From assembly GCA_023213395.1 (NCBI GenBank), contig CM041465.1:182287741-182351740 (forward strand): DNA of 64,000 nt. Direction: 5' to 3'. Below the pieces are notes generated by a model. That model worked only from the letters and a program-made list of their open reading frames with translations. It was not told the origin of the DNA and ran no database searches. The DNA comes from Cycas panzhihuaensis. Lineage: Eukaryota; Plantae; Cycadophyta. This document shows positions 14,174 to 25,506 of the stretch, in pieces (the first letter of the stretch is position 1; every line of letters begins with the position of its first letter). The position numbers and the translations under genes were made by a program.

Positions 14174-16480
14174 TGTAACCTACCATATGTTTTATACCAT
14201 ATAATTAAGGAGAGGAATGGGAACTCACTCGACCCAATTTCTACCCTAAAAGTCAAAGGAATAAGAACTCACTCAAACCAAGTTCCTTTCATATAAATAA
14301 GAGAGGACTCACTCTATCCTTGAAGGAATATAGAACTCACTTAACCCTAATTTCTTTCATGAACACTATCACAAATGAATAATCTAATGAGATTAAAGTA
14401 CTAGTCCATAAATACACTCATCATACCTACCGATCCAAGCCCTTATATAGGATGATGGTGATTAACAAGGAGTGAATTCATTACATATTATTCCCTTTGG
14501 AATTTAACTTCTAAGATGCCCAAAACAAAGATATTTGTATATCGTTTCTACTTTTTGTCTTGGTTATATATCACAAAAACTCTCTAGAAATCTCAATCTT
14601 TAGTTATGTCTCTAACTTCTTTTGAAAATGATATCATCTCCTTATATATCTATATCTCTCTATAATCCCCTCCAACATGCATCCTTTCTCATTTTTATTA
14701 ATACTATAACTCTTCAGCTTTTAAGACTATTTATATTCTAACACTATAACTCTTTGGCTTCCAATATTGTTCATATTTTAACACTATAACTCTTTAGGTT
14801 CTAAGACTATTCACATTTTAACACTTTAACTTTTCAATATGAATGGATTAGATTAAGTCATATAGACCATTATTTCACTACCTAGATCATTGCTCATATT
14901 ATTTTCTTCATTCCCTTCATATCTAGTAACTTGTAAACTCATTCAACATTTTTTGGCTTTTCCCTTAGAAATCTATGAGACATGAGATTTTCCTTCAATT
15001 TTGTCCTTTCCAATTAGATGGCCTAAAACTTATCACTTAATCTCCATCAAACAATTGAGATTTGACATAACTATGGCTTGCTTTTTTTTTTTTCCCTCTT
15101 TATATGTTGATCAATAGTTATAATTACATCTATAACTCCATATGTGACTTAATTCTATATTGTGACTTCAATCCATTATGCCTTTCCTTGCCTCATAACT
15201 CTTCCTCTAAGGGTCTACACCCTAGATTAAATCTTAAAGCACCATCTAGCAATTATTGTTTATCCGTATGACTCTATTTTATCCTTCATCTTACCTTTGT
15301 TGATTAACAATTAAGATTAACTCTAACACCTTCTATTTAATGGTCCTTATTATAACTCACAACTCTACATATCTCATAAGTTATGACTCGCACCTTAAGT
15401 GATGTTCAGCTTAATAATTTACTTACCATTTATGAGATATAAGATGCGGTTAAAGTCTTAAACTCATACTCATGCTTCTCCTCCTAATTTTTGCTTTAAC
15501 TTATGAGATGTGAGATGTAGTATTTCTCTATGTCTCACACTTGTGCTTTCCATTATCTAAACACTAGTTTTTTCCTTACATCTATGAGATATGAGATACA
15601 TGTTATCTTTATGCTCTAACTTTACAAAACTAACCAAGTCAAATAGTGGACTCCCTTATAACTATAGCCTTTTTAACATGCTTCTGCATTGCTTTGGTAG
15701 TCCTTCGATGCTTTATAAGGCTCAACTCACATAAGCTCCTTGAACTCTTCACACATGCTTAGGGTATTATATACATAAAGGGGATACTCCCACATCACAC
15801 TCTAATAGAGTTATAAAAGTTTCATATTCTCCTATGGCTAATCTCTTACAGAGCTTTTTCTCTTTATTCTTCCCTCACTCATATCATGTGCTTCCCCATA
15901 TAATATTATCTTATCTGAGCAATTTAATTTACTTTTTATATTAGAGAGAATACTAAAAATAATTTATAATACTATAAGTGTTAGTATATATTTACATATA
16001 ATTATAAAGGTCTTGGCCTTGGGTATAATCCTATAAACTAATAATAAGATGATGCATTCTTTTACTTGATGGAGTATGGGATAAACATCCATCTCATAAT
16101 GGGATATTCTACTTAAAATATTACACTTTTGAGTTTTTACATTTTTACATCATAAGGCTCTATAACTTATTATCCTTATCAACCTTTTCATCCATCTGTG
16201 AAATCATGAAGTTTATATCTTAGACTCACTTCTTAAAATCTTACATTTTCATGTTTTCATAATATAAGGCTTCGTTGTTTCTTATTCTTTATGAGCTTTT
16301 TATTATTTTTCAAAGTTATGAAACCTAAGGTCAAGATTTTTATAAAGGAGCCTTCCATTTAAGATTTATCCATTTCACTCACTTGTTATTCTACATCTTT
16401 ACATTTTTGTGACATAAGGCTTTACAATTTCTTATCTTTATCAATCTTTCTATTCATCTATGAAATCACAAAGTCTAAAG
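14174..16480 (-). mobile_element. Probable decayed 3' LTR (14174-14664), PPT and repeat-rich 3' UTR of another retroelement
   Basis: TGTAACC at 14174; rc CCTATATAAGG TATA at 14441-14451; PPT-like rc ATCCCCTCCAA at 14665; 4x (G/A)ACTCACT motif at 14220-14345; degenerate tandem repeats beyond. Confidence 0.35.
14701..14834. repeat. 40-bp tandem repeat, ~3.3 copies
   Basis: A(C/T)ACT(A/T)TAACT units start at 14701, 14741, 14781 and 14821. Confidence 0.9.
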
Positions 16481-17015
16481 TCTAGGTCCATTACTCACAA
16501 TTATATACACCTTTATTGGTCTTTTAACATTGTCATTGGTATTCAAACATCCAAAGACTATAGAGTTGTGAAGTTGTAAAACTACAAAATCATAAGATAT
16601 GACCACCCTAAACCTTTTACAAAGCATGAAGTTTGAAACCTAAAGTTGAACATTTAAGAGTCGTGAAATTGTTAATACCTAAATCCATGAAATTATAAAA
16701 TACCACCACTTTGAAGCTTTAAAGGGTTTTAATAGAATTACGAGTTATTACTAGAATTTACAATTATTTAAATACAGTGTGGAAGACTCATTAAGCTTTT
16801 TCCTCTTTAACATGTTATTGTGTTGAAGTAGGTTACATAACCAAACTTAAATTTATGATCACTTCATAATATGAAAATAACTTATTAAAATGAACAAAGA
16901 AGAGCAATACTTGAGATGATTTCAAGAGTAACCTTTGTGTTATCTAAATTATCACAAGACTAATATGGGGAATTCATCTTGCCATGAGTTATAAAATTAC
17001 TTATAATTCATCATC

Positions 17016-17100
17016 ACACATAGATACACACACATACACATGCACACACACACCCGCGCGCGCGCGTGAATACACATACAAGCATATGCATGTGTGTGTG
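17016..17100. repeat. Compound (CA)n(CG)n(TG)n microsatellite
   Basis: Read directly from the sequence. Confidence 0.9.
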
Positions 17101-17164
17101 TTATTCTTATATTATTCTTCAACATTAAAATCTATAATAATAGAATTAGTAGTACTTACTCTAG

Positions 17165-19630
17165 TTAACTTAAAAGGGGATAATAAGAAGTTCATCAAAG
17201 GGTATGCTCATACTATAGCTTTCATAATAGATAACACTAAGAATTATGCCTTTCTATATAATCACAAAGCAAAAAGGGCATTGAAGAACTTGAATAGAAG
17301 ATAATAACTTCACTAATTCTCACAATTCCATATTTCTTAAAACCATTTATTTTAGAATGCAATGCTTCAAGTGAAAGATTAAGAGTAGGTCTTATGCAAG
17401 ATAATAAGCTAATAGCATTTGAAAGTAGTAAATACAAAAAAAAAAAAATTTAAGCACATTTATAAGAAAGAAATACTTGCCATTATGGACACCAAAAGTA
17501 AGTAGAGATAATGCTTATTAGGCAACAAATTTTAGGCTAAGATGGATCATGGCAACCTTAAATATCTTCTTAAGTAGCCCACATTGTCTAATGAACAACA
17601 AAAATAGATAAGTAAGTTTTAGGCCTTTGAGTTTAAAATAATATATAAAAAATAAAAAGAAGAAGCTAACGTACTCCCAAGGGTAGATGAGGGACTATCC
17701 TCTTAGGCAATCACCATTATAGCTACATAATAGATAAGGAAATTTCAAGAAGAATATTCCTAAGACTAAGACACATCGAAAGTCATTCACTAATTACAAG
17801 CACATATAGAAAGGAGGAATACTATGGTATAAAGGAAGAATATGCTTAATTCTAAATTTGAAGATCAAGGACATCATACTATAAGAATATCACACTTCTT
17901 CGATTACAAGGCATATAATGGTAAATAAAACATATAAGGACATTTGGTGATCCCATTTTAGGAATGACATAAAAAGGATATGATTAAATTTATATCCAAG
18001 TATGTGATGTGCTAACAATAGAAGGGAAAGAATGTAAAGTCACTAAGGTTACTCCAACCCCTCTATATTCTAAAATAGTAATGATGGGACATTTCTATAG
18101 ACTTTATTACTAGGATACCAAACTTAGAGGGGAGGAATACCCTTTATATCATTATGGATATATTATTGAAGTACACCTAATTTTGAAGAATCTAATCAAA
18201 TTTCAAGGCTAAGCAAATAACATTGCTCTTTATTACATGGGATCCCATATATAATAATCAATGACTATGATTCCAAGTCCATATGCAAAATTTGAAAGGA
18301 ATTATTTTTACTATTGTGTATAAAGTTAACGATGAGCATAACCTACCACTTATAAATAAATTGGCAAATATAAATAGATAATAAATACCTCAAAGGGTAC
18401 TTAAGGTTATTTGTTATAGGTAAATGAAATCATTAGCATAGATGATTACATCTTATAGAATCATAATATAATACTACTTATCATACATTAGTAAGACTAT
18501 CGTAATTTTAGGTTCTCCATTGGTACAAACTATAATCACTTATAAATAAAATTCATATCTTAGTGATAAAGGAATAACTTGAATGAGTGAATAATATTAC
18601 ACATCCTAAAGCATAACCTCAACATTACACAAAATATAATAAAGTGATAGGTAGATCTCAATAGATCTAAGTGATATTTTAATTTTAGAGATTAGGGATA
18701 TCTAAGATTTCAACCATATAAATAAGCTTCAATAAATAAGAATTGTAGGAAGAAGTTTTAATGAAAGCTCAATGGTCCCTACCAAATTTACAAAAGGATA
18801 TGCGAAGTTGCATACCAAATAACTATACCCACACATAAAATTTACTTTTCATATATCTTACTTAAAGAGGAAGATAGACAAAAAGATAGTCTTTGAGTTG
18901 AAACTACTAGAACTTGATGAAGAAGGGTAGTTAGTATCAAAGTTAGAAATTATTCTTTAAGTCTACTTAAGATAACTATAGAGTTAATATATTAATGGGT
19001 ATCTTACTAAATAGAAGAGCATAGAGGAAGAGGATATAACATGGGGGAGTGAAGCATGGAAGAAATGACACCCATTAGCACATATGCTTTGAGGTTAAAG
19101 CATGTTAAGAGGAGGGGAATTATTGTGTACCTACTTACCAAGAGATGAAGGAACTTTTAAGAATAAGTATTTTATAATTGTAACCTTAAATTTTTTAGAA
19201 TCAAGTTGTAAAATATACTATAAGATAATTATGCCAATTTTAGGTTTGTAGTTTTGAAAATGCATTATTAAAGCTAACTTCACTTTTAAATTATTAATTA
19301 TTTCAAGGGACAACCCTAACCTAAAATAATATGAGATTTAGATGTGTAATCATATATAAGGAATAAATGAGTTATTTACAAGATTTATCTTTTGAGGTTT
19401 TTTCTTCTGTTATCTCCTTTTAGAAGGAGGTGTTATTTTTAAAGGGTTCCCTTGTCTTAAAGAGGGTTAGAAGTTGTAGGAGGCATTCTACTATATTGTG
19501 AACATATTGTAAATAGGGATATGTTATATTATTAGATACCACCTTATTTGTATTGCAAAGTTATTTAGTTTTATTTCATTCTTTTATGTATTACCATATT
19601 GCTGTCAAATTAACACTTCTTTATTATAAT
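17165..19630 (+). mobile_element. 5'-truncated, heavily decayed chromovirus (RH-INT-chromodomain-PPT-3' LTR)
   Basis: KKFIKGYA; KPFILECNAS..LMQ...IAFES (RNase H); LLQPL..WDISIDFIT (integrase); YLTK*KSIEEEDITWG (chromodomain); PPT AAGAGGAGGGGAA at ~19107-19119; LTR from ~19121, end approximate. Confidence 0.8.
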
Positions 19631-19749
19631 GCAATCTAGAGTTATTATTGATATTTTATTTTTAAATTTTTTTATATGTGGTAGCACTCCAATATTTCCA
19701 TTATTATCTACCATCAAAATTAATAAGCAACTTCAAAGGGTTGATATAA

Positions 19750-19823
19750 TACATATACACACACATATATGTGTGCATGCATGTGCGTGTATATATGTAT
19801 GTGTGTGTGCACGCACGCACGCA

Positions 19824-19868
<45 letters not shown>

Positions 19869-19880
19869 GTATGTATGTAT
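19750..19880. repeat. Compound (CA)n/(TG)n/(TA)n microsatellite
   Basis: Read directly; it explains the four overlapping low-complexity ORFs here. Confidence 0.95.
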
Positions 19881-21909
19881 AAAGTCATTGAAATTATCCA
19901 ATTTATGTGTTCCCAATAATTTGATTTATGATCATTATAATATATTAGAATCAAAATAACAATTTGAATATTAGTTCTATATGGGTATTTAGGTGTATTT
20001 TCGATCCCTGTAAATGGGATTGATGGGTTGACATAGAGAAGACTAAATATATAAGATATTTAAGCTTGATACATGATAAAAGTAATTTTGAATTTACAAC
20101 TGATAATATCTTCTAAGATTTTGAGTTGGTAGATACTTGGTTTTACTATAGCCTATAAAAAAAGGGTATAAGTCATCCAATTTTCACCTAAGTATTATTA
20201 TATAGATTTTATTTATACTTATAAAGGTGAATTAACATTATTGTAGTGGTTGCCTCAAGTTTGCTAATAACTGGCAAGTTTTGGTTACTATAGGACTAAA
20301 CCGCTTACTAAATTTTAAGTTCATGTAAAAAGGAGCCATATCATTCTCCTAAATGATCATTTAAGTATATATCACAATCTCTTGTTTACTCCAAATTTTA
20401 AAAGGAAAGACTAGAGAAGCATAAACATCCCTTAAGACTAGATGACAAGGAGTTACATGCTATGGAAATTAGAGAACACAATCGAGATGAAAAAAATAAG
20501 ACCCTTTTTACATTAGTAAGTGTGTAAAATAAAGTGGGGGTCACATGTGAGACCAATAAATATTATTTATATCTATTCAAAATTTTTTTAGTTAGACAAA
20601 AATCTACTAATATACCACTTAATATATCAAGGATAAAAAGGGTTTGCAGTTACATAAAGTGGTTTACTTAGGAAGGAATAAATGAGGGTGAAAGAGGAGG
20701 GAAGGGGGGGTGGGACTTAACAAATAAACCTATAAATTTTATTTAATGCCATTTTGATTTGTCATATTCATATCAAGTTGTGATTATGTTTCATCATGTT
20801 CCTGCCAAGCTTTAGTTATTTATCAAATTTATCTTATTTATGTCTTCACTTTTTTAGAATTATTGTTGTTTTTGAACTTCTTATCTTTGTCTTCATAACT
20901 TCATCTAAACCTATAAATTATAATAAGAGTGTTTTTACTTCAAGTTGTTATTAAGCTTTAGTTATTTATTTGTTTTGTCCTATTTTAGCTATTACAACTC
21001 TACTATTCATGGCCTTTGAACTTTAGTTATTTGTTATCTTTCACATGTCTTTGTTTTTATGATTAAGTTTTCACAACTTTCGAGCTCGAGTTAATTTCGT
21101 CTTCAAGGGTTCTTACCAAGCTTTGAAGGGTTTTCATGACTTTATTTGAGTTTGTTAAAGGTTTTAAAGAGTTTGTCCACAACTTGTTAAGGGTTTTATT
21201 ATGAAGCAAAGAAAAGTGCAAATTGGTAATTCAACCTAAAGATATATGTTAAAGGCTAGAGGGTTGACTATACAACCAAGTGAAATGAAAGCTTCTTATT
21301 GAGATTACCTTGTCCTTATATCTTCTATTTTGTGTTTGTTTTCTACTTTTTCATTAGATGTATGGTAAGCTTAACCACCTCTTACTCCATGCTTACGATT
21401 GGAAATGGTATATGTATAAAGGGGCAACCATGCATTGTAATTTTGTGTAGTCTATCTATATCAACCATGTTAATGATGCTTTATAACCCTTTACTTGATC
21501 ATGGAATTCCATAGTGACAAACCTCTCATCCATGTTATTAATTCGTTAAAGAAGACAATTGTTCTCTCATATGACTCCATAATAAAGGCTCAACCACTTA
21601 GGCAACTAACCATAAATACAAGTATATTTTAAGAATTAGGGCATAATGCAAAATAGTGTGAGAAATATTAGGGTGTAATTATTTTCATTCATGGTAGTTC
21701 ATTAATGTATGGCATTTGATGTGATTACATGAGATCAACTTTGAATAATTTCTCAATCACAATCATCTTAAATTATTCTTCGACGGTCACTTAGTAAAGC
21801 ATAATATAATTAATTAGACATGTGATTAATATGAAAAATCTTTGTTACACCACAATCCTTCCATGAAAGACAATTATAATTCGAATCTGAACAATATAGA
21901 TGCCAACCC

Positions 21910-22062
21910 ATGTGTACGTTACGAACTGTCCCAAATTTCCACGTAAGCGGGGACGCCAAGCCCCGGACACGTGGCTGGCGTTCCCTACACTACATCGAGC
22001 ATTGACTGATTTGAAAAAGACGGGGTTTCTGGCACGACCCCAGAGGATGCATATTATATGCT
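21910..22062 (+). promoter_or_regulatory. Proximal promoter with ABRE/G-box cluster and TATA-like box
   Basis: GGACACGTGGC at 21965-21975; CCACGTAAG at 21939-21947 (rc CTTACGTGG); TACGT at ~21915; TATTATAT at ~22052; CpG-retaining island about 220 bp upstream of the ATG. Confidence 0.65.
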
Positions 22063-22124
22063 ATGAGTTTGCCTCTTCTGCAAGAAAAAGCTCCGGCAAA
22101 CACAACTATTTATTCATCGTCTCC

Positions 22125-22178
22125 GACTGCAGAATTTCAAGATAATTCGCGGACTGCAGAATTTCAAGATAATTCGCG
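22125..22178 (+). repeat. Perfect 27-bp tandem duplication in the putative 5' UTR
   Basis: GACTGCAGAATTTCAAGATAATTCGCG x2. Confidence 0.97.
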
Positions 22179-22193
22179 GCAATTTGTAAGGAG

Positions 22194-22340
22194 ATGGAGA
22201 TGGAAAACACATTGATACAGAGGTTGCAGGATCTGCAGAAACAGCTGGGTAAGAAGCAAACATTCGAAGCAGCTGCGTCGTCCCTGGCCCTGATGATGCA
22301 CCATCACTATGCTGCTGCTTCCCTTGCTCTCCAACAGATG
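22194..22340 (+). CDS. AIP2: Exon 1 of an AIP2-like (ABI3-interacting protein 2) RING E3 ubiquitin ligase
   Basis: MEMENTLIQRLQDLQKQLGKKQTFEAAASSLALMMHHHYAAASLALQQM resembles the AIP2 N-terminus as I recall it (LDDLQKQLNKKLRFEASV.SI..LLRDHYSSSSPSLRKQ). 49 codons, then a phase-0 donor ATG|GTAAAG where similarity stops. Recognised from memory, not by search. Confidence 0.8.
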
Positions 22341-25300
22341 GTAAAGATGCATCCCCGTTTCCCATTAATCATCCCCACGATTTACCCTAATTTGTTGTAC
22401 AAATACCCTTGGGATACGAAATTGTGGTTGCAATTACATCATCACTCGACTTATCTTATTAGTATCGGTAGCAGAGAAATCATTACTGGAATCTAAAATC
22501 AATATGCAGAAATTTATAATGTATCGAAGCATCTTATCTATTTGTTCACGACCTATAAGTTTTTGTGCGAAGCCATCAACGACCTTTGGGATCCATCTCC
22601 TCCACGAGGGCGCTCTTAGGGTAGGGCACATCTGTATTTAGTCGATGCCAGGGCACATGATATCCTGGACTATTAGCACTCAGATTATTGTGTCAGAATA
22701 CATTGACCGCAGACGTCATTCACTCCTGCTGGCTAATGCCACACAAAAAAGAGTGCGGGTGGCCGTTCGTTGGTCTAAAACCATACGTTGCCTGGTTCAT
22801 GATATGATGCTACTTGTAATGAACCGTTGACAATATTATTCTCAAAAGATGCTTTTACAACAGTGCTGGGAGCGTATATACATACTAAATTCTCCCTTAT
22901 GCCTACGTAACAACATCTACATTACATTTCTTGAGCGTAGATAATGAAGCCAACATTATTTAATTGGCCTAGGGTGTACCACAGGGTCGTATTTCTTTAA
23001 TTGCTATCTCTTATAATTGCGTATAACTTGTTCTAATTCTTCACATTCTAATGCCTAATAACATAAACCCTAATCAAATGTATGACTACCCACTCAAATG
23101 CAGTGTTGCATGTTTGTTGCAGCCATCAACAACACTTCTTCTTGGTAGGTTTGCCTACCTATGTCATGCCTAGCCTAAAGATCAATTTGTCTATAGGTTT
23201 ATGTGCCATTCCATATGCCTTTTCTTCATGGCCAACAATCCCTGGTTATGAAATCATGGCCTTTTACCGCTAGAAATGTGCAACCAAAATTTGAACATAC
23301 ATCACCTAGGGGATATAAAAATGGTTATGAGTGTCCTTGCTCATTATTGCCAAAAATATTGGTTAAGTTTTTACAAAATTGATGTTGCTTTTTCCATGTT
23401 GAACTCTTTACAATTTTTTTATTTGTTCCTTAAGCTCAATGATATTGACTTTGCTTTTCCTTTTGTTTCCTTTAAATTTTTTTCTTTGAAAATTACTACT
23501 TCTTTATTATATGCTTGAGTCATATTCTTGATTGCTTGCTTCCTTGTAACTTCAACATCTTGAATAATGTGTTTGTTGCTTATTAGCTTGGCATTCACGG
23601 TTTTAATATTTTCTTTTGACTTACCTTTTTCAAAATGCAACTCATGGTTATGCTTTTGCAGAGTTTGCTTGAGTTAGGCTTGCTTTTCTTAGTGTTTCAC
23701 CTTTTTTTCTTTTCTATTAACAAATGTGTATCATAGCAACAATTCTCCAATTGTCATGTCTCAATTGTTAGAGAATAATGTTTAATCTAGGTCAACCCAT
23801 GATTATTGTATTGTTATCCCTCAAATGTTATGCATACAAGTCTTGAAGAGGTCCCCACTTGTGTTGATATTAGTCTGTGACCATTATTAGAATGCATTTT
23901 TAGAGCTCACATAGTCATGTATTTGTCATAGGTTATCTTAGTGGTACTTCAATATCATTAGACATCTCTGAGGTGAACTATATCTATAAATATGTATTTT
24001 TTCATAATATAATAATGGAGATATAATTTTTCCTAGCATTTATTGTCTTGTGTTATAATACATATTTAATTTTTGTGTATTTTATATTTCATATTTTATT
24101 CATATTTCACCTCATATTTATGAATTGTAATATTGAACTTAATCATAATTTGTAATATGATCTCAAAATGATCCTAGTGCATTTTCTAACATGGTATCGG
24201 AACTAATGATTAAAGGATTAGAGTTGAAGGTTGGATTGTGAGAATTAATGGTTTGATTGTTAAAGTCCATGGTTTGTGTCTCATAGATGCATCAATTGCA
24301 TTTGTTTGGAGGTGTTTTGATGGAACCTGCTTGTGGAAGTTATGCCTCATAATGTTGGATGGTATTAATGGGATCAAGCTACACATGTTGTGATATTGGG
24401 ATTTGAATCTATGGTGAGATTTTTTAAAAATTGATTTAGTGGATGGATGATTATGCATGTGGTGCACTTAAGAATATTATATGCAAGGATTTTTATAGTG
24501 AGTCCACATCTCAATTGTTTTTAGTATTTTTTTTGTTAGGGGGTAAAAAGTAATGCATTGATACAATCTTACAAGGTGTTGAGATAGTTTCAGCATGGAA
24601 TGAGGTCATGGTAACCTTGAAATGAGTGTGACTATGACCTATGAAGAGAGTGTTGTGGGATTACAGATGCAGGTTTGACCACTTTACTATGGCAATGGAT
24701 GTGTGCGGCCAAAGTATTCTCGGTTTTTGAACGGATCAGAGTGCAATCGAGTGCAAGGCAACCGGCATGCATCGTAGTGCAACCAATAGAGACTGCAGTG
24801 CAATCAACAGGGACTGTAGTGCAACCAAAAGGATTGCGGCATCGAGCATGGACAATCGGGCAGCTCGGGCAGGGACAATGTAATGTGGGCAGTCCTTAAG
24901 AAATTCAAGTTGCAGTAGTTAGAGAGTAACTAGAAAGTAGTTATATCAAATATGTAACTGTATAATTGTATAAGGATATATAGGTCAGAACGGGAATATC
25001 GGGTGTGTAACTACTCAGGCCTGCGTCTGGTTGTGAGAGGACCAGACGCAGTGCCCTCTTTTTCATCAAGAAGTTGGTTATTGGTGCTCCAGAAGAAATT
25101 TGCGTCTCTCTTTTATGATGTTGTCTCTTTGTTGTTAGTTTGTTAGAAGATAGGCACACACATTTGGTTCCGTTGCCGGATATCCTAGATGAAGAAGAGA
25201 TGAAGGGCTGGTGAAGAACGAGTGAGGAAGGCTGTCCATGCCGCCTAGGGCCAATTTGCTGAAGAAAGTAGAAACCAGATAGGAAAGAAGTCAACGCTGG

Positions 25301-25506
25301 GAAGCAGAGAAAAGCCAGGATGGCATCCGCAGACCTAGGGAGCCGGTTGAGAAGAGGCCCAGGAGGACAAGCGGCAGCCAGAAAAAGAAAATTTAAAGCA
25401 GATAGAAGATAGGGAATGGCAGATTTCTGAGGAAGAGAAAGAATCAAAGCATTCAACAGACAAAGACTTGCAGAATTCTGGAGAAAAGTAGGCAGAAGAC
25501 AAAGAC

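Noticed and set aside
14701-14834. CRISPR-like regular spacing
   Set aside because: Whole 40-bp units are similar, with no unique spacers and no cas genes; the context is eukaryotic.
19629-19959. Four overlapping His/Thr- or Cys/Val-rich ORFs (also 16984-17304)
   Set aside because: Translations of (CA)n/(TG)n microsatellites.
20800-21040. CTTTAGTTATTT x3 upstream of the promoter
   Set aside because: Low-complexity degenerate repeat with no boundaries or supportable function.
22341-22496. Continuation of the 100-aa ORF 22194-22496 as coding sequence
   Set aside because: AIP2 similarity ends exactly at a good GT donor; the remainder is intron read-through.
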